Positions 46,339 to 55,819 are shown, numbered from the stretch's first letter. The stretch is 64,000 nucleotides of DNA from Rhodospirillales bacterium (GCA_009694195.1 SHVQ01000009.1:10294-74293), one strand, 5' to 3'. The notes: generated by a model not told the origin, from the sequence alone. Made by a program: numbers and translations.

Positions 46339-48396
46339 GTGCCGAAGCGCAAAAAAGTCGTTTATTTCAACGAGTACAACGTCCGCATGGGGCGGGCGAC
46401 GTACTTTCCCCTGGTTTCCGGGATCCTGCGCGCTTACGCGGAGACCAACCCCCCCGTCAAAGCCGGCTACAAGTTCAAGCCGTTCATCTTCTATCTCGAC
46501 GCAGCCGACCGCATTCTCGCCCAGTACGACGAGGCGCCCGACGTCGCCGCCTTCTCGATCGCCATGTGGAACGAGCAGCTGAGCCTGCACGTCGCCCGCG
46601 TGATCAAGGAGCGCTGGCCCGCGTGTCTGATCGTCTTCGGCGGCTGCCAGACCCCGCACCATCCGGAGGACTATTTCGCCGAGCATCCGTTTATCGACGT
46701 GGCGGTGCGGGCGGAAGGGGAAGAAGCGTTCTACGGCGTGATGGAGCGCTTTCTCGAGTCCCGCGATTTCAAGGGGATCGTGAACGTCTCCTACCGGCAC
46801 CCGCAGACCGGCGCCATCGTTTACAACCCGGAAGAGTCGGAATTCGGCCGCGATCTCGATTCCTATCCGTCGCCCTACCTGGAAGGGCTCTTCAACTACA
46901 TGTTCGAGGCCCATCCGGAGATCGACTTCCAGGCGATCGTCGAGACCAACCGGGGCTGCCCGTTTCTCTGCACGTTCTGCTACTGGGGCCGCGGCGGCAC
47001 CACGCGCAAATACCGCTACCACGACCTCGGCCGGGTCGAGGCCGAGATCAATTGGGCGGGGCACCGCCGCATCAAGTACATGTTCAACGCCGATTCCAAT
47101 TTCGGCATGCACAAGCGCGATCCCGAGATCGCCAAGTTTCTCGTCTCGACGAAGAAAAAGTACGGATTTCCGGAGAAGTTCCGCACCTGTTGGGGAAAGA
47201 ACACCGACGAGAACATTTTCGCGATTGCCTCGCTCCTGCATGAGCACGAGCTCGAAAAAGGCATCACCCTCGCCCGCCAGAGCAACAGCAAGAAGGTGCT
47301 CGCCAACATCAAGCGCGGCAACATCAAGCTCGCGACCTACGAAAACCTGCAGCGGCTGTTCAACGACCGCGAGATTCCCGTCTATTCGGAGATGATCCTG
47401 GGGCTGCCCGGCGAGACGTACGAAAGCTGGCGGGACGGGATCGAAGAGCTGCTGCGGGCCGGTCTCAAGAACCAGCTCTTCGTCTACCAATGCGAGGTCT
47501 ACCCGAACACCGAGCTCGGCGAGCCCGCGTACCAGAAGAAATTCGGCATCGTGACCAAGCGCATCGAGTTGCGCGAAATCCACGGCAGCGTGCGCGACGC
47601 CAACTGGGTCCCGGAGTATCAGGACATCATCGTCGCGAGCGACTCGATGACGGTCGAGGACTGGCGGCGGATGACGCGCTTCTCGACTCTGACCATGCTC
47701 ATGCACAGCATGAAGGTGGGCTTCTTCCTGATCTCTTATCTCACCGACCGGTTCGGCATCGCGTACACGAGCTTCATCGAGCACATTTCGGACCGCCGGA
47801 TGGCCGCCGGCACGGGCGCGATGCTGCTGACCGAGCTCGCCCTCTACGACGATTACACGCAGCGGCTGCTCGACGGGAAAGGACGCGGACTCGAAATGCC
47901 GGGGTTCGGCGACTTCTACTGGGACGTGGAGGAAGCGAGCTTCCTCCGGCTCGCCGGGGACTTCGACCGGTTCTACCGCGAGCTCTTCGACGTGGTCTGC
48001 GGGTTCCTCGACGGCCGCGGCATCGTTTACGACCGGGACGAGGTGTCGGACGCGCTCCAATACCAGCGCCTCCGCATGCCGACCGCCGCGCCCGCATCAG
48101 GAACGGAAGCCGCGTTCCGCACCAACATGCCGGAGTACTTCGCCCGCCGCTTCGGGACCGAGCCGATCCCGGTCGCAGCGGAACGTCAGGCCTTGCATCC
48201 GAAGCCCAAGGATTTCGGCGGGGACCGCGTGCGCTTCGCGCGCGAGTCGATCCTCTGGGGGCGGAAGAGCGGCACGATGCTGGTCGACTGCGACTGGGCG
48301 TCGGTCGACCGGCCATGGGTCACGTCCGAGACCCTCGCGCAGCCGCACGCCAAGCCGGCCGTCGAGCTTCCCCGCGCCGCGAACTTGGGCGAGTAG
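46339..48396 (+). CDS. B12-binding-domain radical SAM enzyme with long C-terminal extension
   Basis: 685 aa. The N-terminal cobalamin-domain-like VAAFSIAMWNEQ...LIVFGGCQ is present. The CPFLCTFC (Cx3Cx2C) motif lies at 46957-46980. About 250 aa follow with no recognised motif. Confidence 0.8.
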   Translation: MPKRKKVVYFNEYNVRMGRATYFPLVSGILRAYAETNPPVKAGYKFKPFIFYLDAADRILAQYDEAPDVAAFSIAMWNEQLSLHVARVIKERWPACLIVFGGCQTPHHPEDYFAEHPFIDVAVRAEGEEAFYGVMERFLESRDFKGIVNVSYRHPQTGAIVYNPEESEFGRDLDSYPSPYLEGLFNYMFEAHPEIDFQAIVETNRGCPFLCTFCYWGRGGTTRKYRYHDLGRVEAEINWAGHRRIKYMFNADSNFGMHKRDPEIAKFLVSTKKKYGFPEKFRTCWGKNTDENIFAIASLLHEHELEKGITLARQSNSKKVLANIKRGNIKLATYENLQRLFNDREIPVYSEMILGLPGETYESWRDGIEELLRAGLKNQLFVYQCEVYPNTELGEPAYQKKFGIVTKRIELREIHGSVRDANWVPEYQDIIVASDSMTVEDWRRMTRFSTLTMLMHSMKVGFFLISYLTDRFGIAYTSFIEHISDRRMAAGTGAMLLTELALYDDYTQRLLDGKGRGLEMPGFGDFYWDVEEASFLRLAGDFDRFYRELFDVVCGFLDGRGIVYDRDEVSDALQYQRLRMPTAAPASGTEAAFRTNMPEYFARRFGTEPIPVAAERQALHPKPKDFGGDRVRFARESILWGRKSGTMLVDCDWASVDRPWVTSETLAQPHAKPAVELPRAANLGE

Positions 48397-48420
48397 CCCC
48401 CTTCGAGACGCCCAAACGAA

Positions 48421-48452
48421 AGCCCCGCCCCGGGTTTCTCCGGAGCGGGGCT
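48421..48452. terminator. 13-bp stem hairpin (1 mismatch) between convergent genes; T-rich tail on the minus strand
   Basis: AGCCCCGCCCCGG-gtttct-CCGGAGCGGGGCT. On the minus strand it is followed by TTTCGTTTGGG. A second 7-bp hairpin lies at 48457-48476. Confidence 0.5.
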
Positions 48453-48474
48453 CGCGAACCGAGTACGAGCTCGG

Positions 48475-48723
48475 TTACTGAACCTTCAGAATTTTCTTCG
48501 CGTCGCCGAGCGTCTTCACGGAGTCGGCGTGCTTTCCGTCCTTGTGCTGCTTCTCGCCGTTGGCGCGGAGTTCTTTCACTTTTTTCGCGTCCGCATCCGA
48601 GAGCTTCGGATTCTTGGCGAGAGCTTCGTCGATCTTCTTCATATCCGCCGGGCACTGGCTTGCGAAGGCCGGGCCGGCGGCAAACAGAGCGATCACGGCG
48701 AGAGCAAGAATGCGCTTGATCAT
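48475..48723 (-). CDS. small secreted Lys-rich protein, unknown function
   Basis: 82 aa. It has a signal peptide MIKRILALAVIALFAAGPAFA|SQ followed by a charged helical region. Confidence 0.55.
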   Translation of the reverse strand: MIKRILALAVIALFAAGPAFASQCPADMKKIDEALAKNPKLSDADAKKVKELRANGEKQHKDGKHADSVKTLGDAKKILKVQ

Positions 48724-48882
48724 AAGTCCTCCAAAAAGATGCCGTCCAAAAGCAGCTGGCGACTATGTAGGATACACAAATGTGCCAGCCGTGGGGTCAC
48801 TTTTCGCGCGCGATCGTGTTGTTTTGATGGCGGCCGCACGGCATTCTGTGGGCCAGGAAACTTGTTATAGGACAAGGCGTTA

Positions 48883-49518
48883 ATGGATATTGCGATCATT
48901 TCCGACACGGTTTGCCCATGGTGCTACATCGGCAAGCGGCGGCTTGAGAAGGCGCTCGCGTCCCGCCCGAACCTGAAGGTGCGCCAGCGCTGGCGGCCCT
49001 TCCTCCTCAATCCGGAGATGCCGCCGGAAGGCATCGACCGCAACGCGTATTTGCTGCGTAAGTTCGGCAGCGAAGCGCGCATCCGGCGAATCTACGGCGC
49101 GATCGAGGAAGCCGGGCAATCCGTCGAGATCGATTTCGCCTTCGATCGCATCGGGCGCACGCCCAATTCCGTGAACTCGCACCGGCTGGTGCGCTTCGCC
49201 GAGCGCTCAGGACTCGCGAACGAGGCCGTCGAAGCCGCCTTCATCGCCTACTTCGAAAGCGGGCAAAACATCGGCGACACGGACGTGCTCACGGGCATCG
49301 GGAAGGAGATCGGCCTCGATCCGGCGGGCTTGCGCGCATACCTGGAGAGCGACGAGGACGTCCAGTTCGTTTACCAGGAAAACGCCGATGCGCATCGGCT
49401 GGGCGTCAGCGGCGTTCCCTCGTTCCTGTTCAACGATCACATGATCCTCTCGGGCGCGCACGAGCCCTCCGTGCTCGTCCGCATGCTCGATGCGGCGGCG
49501 GCCGAGACGGCGGCTTAG
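48883..49518 (+). CDS. DsbA-family thiol oxidoreductase (FrnE-like)
   Basis: MDIAIISDTVCPWCYIGKRRL carries the CPWC active site. GVSGVPSFLF is also present. Confidence 0.85.
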   Translation: MDIAIISDTVCPWCYIGKRRLEKALASRPNLKVRQRWRPFLLNPEMPPEGIDRNAYLLRKFGSEARIRRIYGAIEEAGQSVEIDFAFDRIGRTPNSVNSHRLVRFAERSGLANEAVEAAFIAYFESGQNIGDTDVLTGIGKEIGLDPAGLRAYLESDEDVQFVYQENADAHRLGVSGVPSFLFNDHMILSGAHEPSVLVRMLDAAAAETAA

Positions 49519-49531
49519 GACGCGCATCGTC

Positions 49532-49596
49532 ATCGCCGGGCTTGACCCGGCGATCCACGACTTAAAGACGTAGATGCCCGGCACAAGGCCGGGCAT
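49532..49596. repeat. REP-like element: two hairpins ATCGCCGGG-cttga-CCCGGCGAT and ATGCCCGGC-acaag-GCCGGGCAT
   Basis: Read directly, between the convergent dsbA-like and mfd genes. Translation gives the MPGLVPGI-type junk peptide typical of this repeat family. Confidence 0.7.
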
Positions 49597-49625
49597 GACA
49601 GCGATGGAAAAGCCCTTTGCTCTCG

Positions 49626-52600
49626 TCACGCCGCCGCGCGGGTGGCGATCTCGGCGAGGCGGTTCAGGAGGTATTGGACGCCCTTCAGGCGCTCGGACGG
49701 ATCGTCCCAGGCGCGCATGTAGACGAGCCGGTGGTCGGGCCGAAGCTTGGCGCTTCCCCGCTGGCGGGTGATGAACTCGACCAGGCCCGCCGGGTTGGCG
49801 TACCGGGTGTTGCGGAAGGCGACGAGCGCCCCTTTCGGGCCGGCTTCCACCCGCTCGACGCCGGCGTCGCGGCAGAGGCGCTTGAGCGCGACCGTCGCCA
49901 AAAGGTTCTCGACCTCCGGCGGCACCGGCCCGAAGCGGTCGATGAGCTCGGCAGCGAACGCATCGATTTCTTCCCGCGCGGTCAGCGTCGACATTCTCCG
50001 ATAGAGCCCCATGCGGATGTTGAGATCGGCGATGTAGGGCTCCGGAATGAGGATCGGCAGGCCGATGCTGATCTGCGGGCTCCAGTCCTCGCCCGCGTCT
50101 TCGCGCGTCCCGAGCCCGCGGGTCTCCGCCACCGCCTCTTCCAGCATCTGCTGGTAGAGCTCGATCCCGACTTCGCGGATGTGGCCGGACTGCTCCTCGC
50201 CCAGAAGATTGCCGGCGCCCCGGATGTCGAGATCGTGGCTGGCGAGCGCGAACCCGGCGCCGAGCGTATCCAGCGTTTGCATGACCTCGAGGCGCTTCTG
50301 GGCGTCGGGCGTGAGCGCCTGGTCGGGCGGCAGGGAGAGGTAGGCATAGGCCCGGACTTTCGCCCGCCCCACGCGGCCGCGGAGCTGATAGAGCTGGGCG
50401 AGGCCGAACATGTCCGCCCGGTGGATGACGATCGTGTTGACGTTCGGCATGTCGAGGCCGGACTCGATGATGTTGGTCGCAAGCAACAGATCGTACTTGC
50501 CGGCGCAAAAGGCTCCCACCGCGTCCTCGAGCTGGCGCGCGGGCATGCGGCCGTGGGCCTTCACCATCTTGATTTCCGGGACCAGCACCTTCAGGCGCCG
50601 GGCCAGGTCGTCCATGTCGGCGATGCGCGGGCACACGTAGAAGGTCTGCCCGCCGCGGAACCGCTCGCGCATGATGGCTTCACGGATGATGACCGGATCG
50701 TAGGGCAGCACGTAGGTCCGCACAGCCAGGCGGTCGACGGGCGGCGTCGCGATGATGCTCATCTCGCGAATCCCCGAGAGCGCGAGCTGGAGGGTGCGCG
50801 GGATCGGCGTCGCGGTCAGTGTGAGGACGCGCACGTCCGCCGCGAGCTTTTTCAGGCGCTCCTTGTGGGCGACGCCGAAATGCTGCTCCTCGTCGACGAC
50901 GAGGAGGCCGAGATCGCGGAAACGGATGTCCTTGGCGAGCAGCGCGTGGGTGCCGATCACGATGTCGATCTTCCCGTCCGCAAGCCCCTCCTTCGCGGCC
51001 TTGGCGGCCTTCGGCGGCACCAGGCGGGAAATCTCGGCGACGTTCACGGGAAATCCGGCGAAGCGGTTGCGGAAGACCTCGAAATGCTGGCGGGAGAGCA
51101 GCGTCGTCGGCACCACCACGCCGACCTGGCGGCCGGAGAGCGCCACGATGAACGCCGCGCGCAAGGCGACCTCGGTCTTGCCGAAGCCGACGTCGCCGCA
51201 GACCAGGCGGTCGGTGTTGCGCTCGCTGCCGAGGTCCGCCAGCACGTCCTGGATCGCGCGCTCCTGATCTTCCGTTTCCACGTAAGGAAAGCGCGAGCAG
51301 AACTCCTCGTAGGCGCCGGCCGGGGGACTCAACGCGAGCGCCGGCTCCAACGCGCGGACGGCGGCGATCTTGATGAGCTCGGCCGCCATCTCGCGCACGA
51401 GGTTTTTCAGCCGCGCCTTGCGCGCCTGCCACGCCTGGCTGCCCAGGCGGTCGAGATGGACGTCCGTCTCTTCCGAGCCGTAGCGGGAAACGAGCTCCAG
51501 GTTCTCGACGGGGAGGAAGAGCTTGTCGCCGCCGGCGTAGATTAACCGGAGGCAGTCGTGAGGCGCGCCCGAGACTTGGATCGCTTGCAGCCCCTCGAAG
51601 CGGCCGATGCCGTGGTCCACGTGAACGACGAGATCGCCCTCGCTCAAGGACGAGACTTCGGCGATGAAGTTCTCCGCCCGCACCTGCCGCCGGGCCGGCC
51701 GGTTCAGGCGGTCGCCGAGGATGTCCTGCTCGGTGATGACGGCGAGGCCCGCGGCCGTGAAGCCGCGCTCGAGGCCGACGACGGCGAGATCGATCGCGTC
51801 CGCGGCCCCGGCGCCGCCGCTGAAGGTCTCGACCGGATTTTGGCGGTCGAGGCCGTGCTCGGCGAGCAACCCCGCGAGGCGCGCGCGCGAGCCCTGGGTG
51901 AAGGCGGTGACGACGACGCGCCTTCCCTCGCCTGCATGGCTCCGGACGTGATCGCGGACCGCGTCGAACACGCTCGCGTCGGGCTGAACGCGGGCATCGG
52001 CAAACGGCCGTCCCGGCCGGCCGCCGGCGTCGATGGTGCGGGCGCGCTCAGGACCGGCGGACGCATCGGCAAGGTCGGCGGCGGCAAAGGGAAACAGCCG
52101 GCCGACCGGATAGCCCACGAGCCGCTTCTCCCATTCGGCGGGATCGAGGAAGAGCGTCTCCGGGCGCAGCGGCCGATACGGCGCGCCTCCTTCCGACCGG
52201 TTCCGGCCGAGGAAGTCGAGGCGGGCGGTGAAGTACTCGGCGATCAGATCGAGCCGCGCCTTCATCGCCTCGGCGAATTCGTTGTCGAGCACGAGGGCGG
52301 CGCCGGGCACGTAGTCGAACAGCGTCTCCAGGCGCCCGCCGTGGAACAGCGGGAGCCAGTGCTCCATGCCCGGGTGCCGGCGCCCCGCCGAAACCGCCTC
52401 GAACAGCGGATCGTCCTCGCCCGTGACTCCGAAGGCTTCCCGGTAGGCAACTCGAAACCGCGCGATGGAGTCGGAGTCGAGAAACACCTCGCTCACCGGC
52501 TTGAGGACGACCGCCGCCACCTCCCCCGTCGTCCGCTGGGTCGTCGGATCGAAGGTGCGGAGCCGCTCCAGTTCGTCGCCGAAGAAGTCGAGGCGAAGCG

Positions 52601-53114
52601 GCATGGCAAGCCCGGGGGGGAAAATGTCAACGATGCCGCCGCGGACCGCGTACTCGCCGGGCTCGACCACGGTGTCGGCGCGTCCGTAGCCGTTCCGGGA
52701 GAGATAGCCCAGCAGATCCTCGGGCGCGATGCACGTCCCCGGTGCCAGCGCCAGCGTTCGACCTGCGAACGCCGCGCGGGTCGGGACCCGCTGGAGGATC
52801 GCCGCCACGGTGGTGAGGATCACGCGGCCGCCCGGGGCTTCGGACTTTTCCCTGAGCCGGGTCAGGGTGTCGAGCCGCCGGCTCACGAGGTGCGCGTTCG
52901 GCGACATCCTGTCGTAGGGCAGGCAATCCCACGCCGGGAACTCCAGGACCTCGGTCTCGGGAGCGAAGAATTGCAGCGCCTCGCTCTTCCTGGCCAGGCT
53001 CACGTCGTTGCGGGCGACGCAGACGATGTCCGTCCCGCAGGCGAGCTCGGCCAGCACGAAGGCGTCGAACCCCTCCGGCGCGCCCGCGATGACGACGCGG
53101 CCGGGCCGACCCAT
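49626..53114 (-). CDS. mfd: transcription-repair coupling factor Mfd
   Basis: LVCGDVGFGKTEVALRA (helicase motif I), LVVDEEQHFGV (motif II) and CarD-like and TRG regions are present. The ATG at 53114 is preferred; the track start at 53249 would overlap sdhE by 92 nt. Confidence 0.93.
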   Translation of the reverse strand: MGRPGRVVIAGAPEGFDAFVLAELACGTDIVCVARNDVSLARKSEALQFFAPETEVLEFPAWDCLPYDRMSPNAHLVSRRLDTLTRLREKSEAPGGRVILTTVAAILQRVPTRAAFAGRTLALAPGTCIAPEDLLGYLSRNGYGRADTVVEPGEYAVRGGIVDIFPPGLAMPLRLDFFGDELERLRTFDPTTQRTTGEVAAVVLKPVSEVFLDSDSIARFRVAYREAFGVTGEDDPLFEAVSAGRRHPGMEHWLPLFHGGRLETLFDYVPGAALVLDNEFAEAMKARLDLIAEYFTARLDFLGRNRSEGGAPYRPLRPETLFLDPAEWEKRLVGYPVGRLFPFAAADLADASAGPERARTIDAGGRPGRPFADARVQPDASVFDAVRDHVRSHAGEGRRVVVTAFTQGSRARLAGLLAEHGLDRQNPVETFSGGAGAADAIDLAVVGLERGFTAAGLAVITEQDILGDRLNRPARRQVRAENFIAEVSSLSEGDLVVHVDHGIGRFEGLQAIQVSGAPHDCLRLIYAGGDKLFLPVENLELVSRYGSEETDVHLDRLGSQAWQARKARLKNLVREMAAELIKIAAVRALEPALALSPPAGAYEEFCSRFPYVETEDQERAIQDVLADLGSERNTDRLVCGDVGFGKTEVALRAAFIVALSGRQVGVVVPTTLLSRQHFEVFRNRFAGFPVNVAEISRLVPPKAAKAAKEGLADGKIDIVIGTHALLAKDIRFRDLGLLVVDEEQHFGVAHKERLKKLAADVRVLTLTATPIPRTLQLALSGIREMSIIATPPVDRLAVRTYVLPYDPVIIREAIMRERFRGGQTFYVCPRIADMDDLARRLKVLVPEIKMVKAHGRMPARQLEDAVGAFCAGKYDLLLATNIIESGLDMPNVNTIVIHRADMFGLAQLYQLRGRVGRAKVRAYAYLSLPPDQALTPDAQKRLEVMQTLDTLGAGFALASHDLDIRGAGNLLGEEQSGHIREVGIELYQQMLEEAVAETRGLGTREDAGEDWSPQISIGLPILIPEPYIADLNIRMGLYRRMSTLTAREEIDAFAAELIDRFGPVPPEVENLLATVALKRLCRDAGVERVEAGPKGALVAFRNTRYANPAGLVEFITRQRGSAKLRPDHRLVYMRAWDDPSERLKGVQYLLNRLAEIATRAAA

Positions 53115-53157
53115 GGCCTCGCCGAGCAGGGGCGAATTATGAATCGGATGCAATGGC

Positions 53158-53409
53158 TTATCGCTCACGCTTGCGGGCTCGGATGAGGGCGAGGACATCG
53201 TGGTCGTGGCGCGCGGGCGCCTGGGTTTTCTCCATGATCCAGTCGACAAGATCGGCGTCGGTTTCCTGCAGGAGCGCCTCGAAGCGGTCGAGCTGGGGCT
53301 CCGTCAGGCGGGCCAGATACGCCGCGGCAAAGCCGCCGATCAGGACGTCCGACTCCTTCGTCCCCCGATGGGTGCTCTGATACAGAAGTCGTTTGCGGCG
53401 GATGTCCAT
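53158..53409 (-). CDS. sdhE: succinate dehydrogenase assembly factor 2 (SdhE/DUF339)
   Basis: 83 aa. RRKRLLYQSTHRGTKESDVLIGGFA...LTEPQLDRFEALLQETDADLVDWI is the family signature. Confidence 0.85.
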   Translation of the reverse strand: MDIRRKRLLYQSTHRGTKESDVLIGGFAAAYLARLTEPQLDRFEALLQETDADLVDWIMEKTQAPARHDHDVLALIRARKRER

Positions 53410-53490
53410 GCAACGGTCGCAATCGGCGGTTTGCCCGGGGAAGCGGCGGCCCCAAACCGGGATACGCCGGCAGTCCCATAATCAATGATC

Positions 53491-53516
53491 GTCATTCCCG
53501 CTTACGCGGGAATGAC
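53491..53516. repeat. REP-like hairpin GTCATTCCCGC-ttac-GCGGGAATGAC
   Basis: Read directly in the sdhE/recG divergent region. It is related to the copy at 58060-58079. Confidence 0.7.
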
Positions 53517-53609
53517 GAGGAAAATGTGCGTCGATCTCGGCGCTCCTGTCATAGCGGCGGCTCTAGGATATAGTTCGTCGCCTGCGTTCTGTCAGCACGC
53601 CCTTTTGGA

Positions 53610-55691
53610 ATGCGCCCGGAAGTCCTGTTCCCGCTGTTCAAGCCCGTCGGCGCGCTGAAGGGGATCGGTCCCCGGTTGGCGAAGCTGGTGGAGACGCTCG
53701 CGGGCCCGCGCGTGGTGAACCTGCTGTGGCACCTGCCGTCCGGCATCATCGACCGCCGCTACGCGCCCAAGATCGGCGAGGCCGAGCCCGGGCGCATCGC
53801 CACGATCACCGTCCGCGTCGATCGGCACCGGAAACCGCCGAACCGCAGGATTCCCTACAAGGTCCAGTGCTCCGACGAGACGGGAACGCTCACCCTCGTC
53901 TTCTTTCACGCCCACGCGGACTATCTCGCGGGCGCCCTGCCCACGGGCGAGATGCGCGTCGTCAGCGGCCGTGTGGACGATTACGACGGCGATATCCAGA
54001 TGACTCATCCGGATCATATCGCCGAGGTCGCGGAACTGGCTCGGCTGCAGACGGTGGAGCCGGTCTATCCGTTGACCGAGGGCCTGTCGCTCAAGGTTCT
54101 GAGCCGGGCGGTCCGCGCGGCGGTCGCGCTCGCGCCGCCGCTCGAAGAGTGGATCGATCCGACGTTTGTTGCGCGTCAGGGCTGGAAACCGTGGCGCGAC
54201 GCGCTCACCGAGGCGCACGCGCCGGCGACGACGGAAGCCCTCGATCCGGCGACTCCCGCGCGGTGCCGGCTCGCCTATGACGAACTGCTCGCGAACCAGG
54301 TGGCCTTGTGCCTCGTCCGCGCGAGCTTTCGCCGCCTCTCCGGGCGCCGGCTGCAGGGCGACGGTGCGTTGCGGGCGAAGGTGCTGGCGGCCCTTCCCTT
54401 CCAGCTCACGCCCGCGCAGCAGACGGCCGTGTCCGAGATCGTCGCCGACATGGAGTCCGACTCGCGCATGCTGCGCCTCCTCCAGGGCGATGTCGGGAGC
54501 GGCAAGACGGTGGTCGCGCTGCTCGCCATGCTGAACGCGGTCGAATCCGGGACGCAGGCGGCGCTGATGGCCCCGACGGACGTGCTCGCGCGCCAGCACA
54601 TGGCGACGCTCGAGCCGCTCGCGGCGGCGGCCGGCGTCCCGATCGTCCTTCTGACCGGGCGCGAGAAAGGCAAGGCCCGAGAGATCGCGCTCGCCCGCAT
54701 CGCCGAAGGCGAGGCGCCGCTGGTCGTCGGCACCCACGCGCTGTTCCAGGAGGACGTCGCGTTCCGCGATCTCGGCCTCGCCGTGATCGACGAGCAGCAC
54801 CGCTTCGGCGTCCATCAGCGGCTCATGCTGGCGGCCAAGGGGCGCGCGGCCGACGTGCTCGTGATGACGGCGACGCCGATCCCCCGCACGCTCATGCTGA
54901 CGGCCTACGGCGACATGGACGTCTCCCGCTTGACCGGCAAGCCGCCGGGGCGCCGGCCGGTGGACACGCGCCTGGTGCCGACCGAGCGCACCGACGAAGT
55001 GATCGAAGCCGTCGGGCGCTCGGTGAAACAGGGCGCCGGAGTCTATTGGGTCTGCCCGCTGATCGAGGAATCGGAAGCCCTCGACGTGGCGGCGGCGGAG
55101 GATCGCCACCGCGCGCTCGCCCAGGCCTTCCCCGGCACGGTCGGATTGCTCCACGGCCGCATGAAGGAGGCCGAGCGCGACCGCACCATGGCGGCCTTCG
55201 AGGCGGGCGACATCCGCATCCTGGTCGCGACCACCGTGATCGAGGTGGGCGTGGACGTGGCGCACGCGACGGTGATGGTGGTCGAGCACGCCGAGCGCTT
55301 CGGCCTAGCGCAGCTCCATCAGCTTCGGGGGCGGGTCGGGCGCGGGGAAAAGCCCTCCACGTGTCTTCTCCTCTACGCGAAGCCGCTTACGCCGTCGGCG
55401 GAGTCCCGCCTTCGCATCATGCGGGAGACCGAGGACGGCTTTCGCATCGCCGAGGAAGACCTGCGCCTGCGGGGCGCCGGCGAAGTGCTGGGCACCCGGC
55501 AAAGCGGCGTTCCCGAATTCCGCCTGGCCGACCTTTCCGCGCACGGAGAGCTGCTCGGAGCCGCCCGCGACGACGCCCTCCTGGTGCTGCAGAAGGACCC
55601 GGAGCTCCGCCAGCCCCGCGGGCAGGCGGTGCGGACGCTGCTCTATCTGTTCGAACGCGACGCGGTCGCCCGCAACCTGCGCTCGGGGTGA
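53610..55691 (+). CDS. recG: ATP-dependent DNA helicase RecG
   Basis: 693 aa. A wedge/OB region, LLQGDVGSGKTVVALLA (motif I), AVIDEQHRFGV (motif II) and QLHQLRGRVGRG (motif VI) are present. Confidence 0.93.
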   Translation: MRPEVLFPLFKPVGALKGIGPRLAKLVETLAGPRVVNLLWHLPSGIIDRRYAPKIGEAEPGRIATITVRVDRHRKPPNRRIPYKVQCSDETGTLTLVFFHAHADYLAGALPTGEMRVVSGRVDDYDGDIQMTHPDHIAEVAELARLQTVEPVYPLTEGLSLKVLSRAVRAAVALAPPLEEWIDPTFVARQGWKPWRDALTEAHAPATTEALDPATPARCRLAYDELLANQVALCLVRASFRRLSGRRLQGDGALRAKVLAALPFQLTPAQQTAVSEIVADMESDSRMLRLLQGDVGSGKTVVALLAMLNAVESGTQAALMAPTDVLARQHMATLEPLAAAAGVPIVLLTGREKGKAREIALARIAEGEAPLVVGTHALFQEDVAFRDLGLAVIDEQHRFGVHQRLMLAAKGRAADVLVMTATPIPRTLMLTAYGDMDVSRLTGKPPGRRPVDTRLVPTERTDEVIEAVGRSVKQGAGVYWVCPLIEESEALDVAAAEDRHRALAQAFPGTVGLLHGRMKEAERDRTMAAFEAGDIRILVATTVIEVGVDVAHATVMVVEHAERFGLAQLHQLRGRVGRGEKPSTCLLLYAKPLTPSAESRLRIMRETEDGFRIAEEDLRLRGAGEVLGTRQSGVPEFRLADLSAHGELLGAARDDALLVLQKDPELRQPRGQAVRTLLYLFERDAVARNLRSG

Positions 55692-55716
55692 GGTGATTCG
55701 GTGACGCAAGCAGAGT

Positions 55717-55791
55717 CCCACCTCACCCTCCCGCTAACGCGGGTCCCTCCCTCTCCGCCCTGAAGGGCGGAGAGGGTTGGGGTGAGGTGGG
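55717..55791. repeat. nested REP-like palindrome: outer CCCACCTCACCC/GGGTGAGGTGGG, inner CCCTCTCCGCCC-tgaa-GGGCGGAGAGGG
   Basis: Read directly between recG and the YciI-like gene. The track start at 55787 for the next ORF lies inside it. Confidence 0.7.
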
Positions 55792-55819
55792 TGGCAACAT
55801 CGGCAGAGGAGTTATCTCC

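Noticed and set aside
49617-53186. Two long + strand ORFs (49617-51545, 642 aa; 51558-53186, 542 aa) opposite mfd, and 53592-55289 (-) opposite recG.
   Set aside because: They are shadow ORFs of Mfd and RecG, both of which carry unmistakable helicase motifs. The antisense translations are compositionally biased and motif-free.
53115-53249. 45-codon N-terminal extension of Mfd in the ORF track.
   Set aside because: It would overlap sdhE by 92 nt. The ATG at 53114 gives a protein of about 1160 aa, the usual Mfd length, and leaves a 43-nt spacer.
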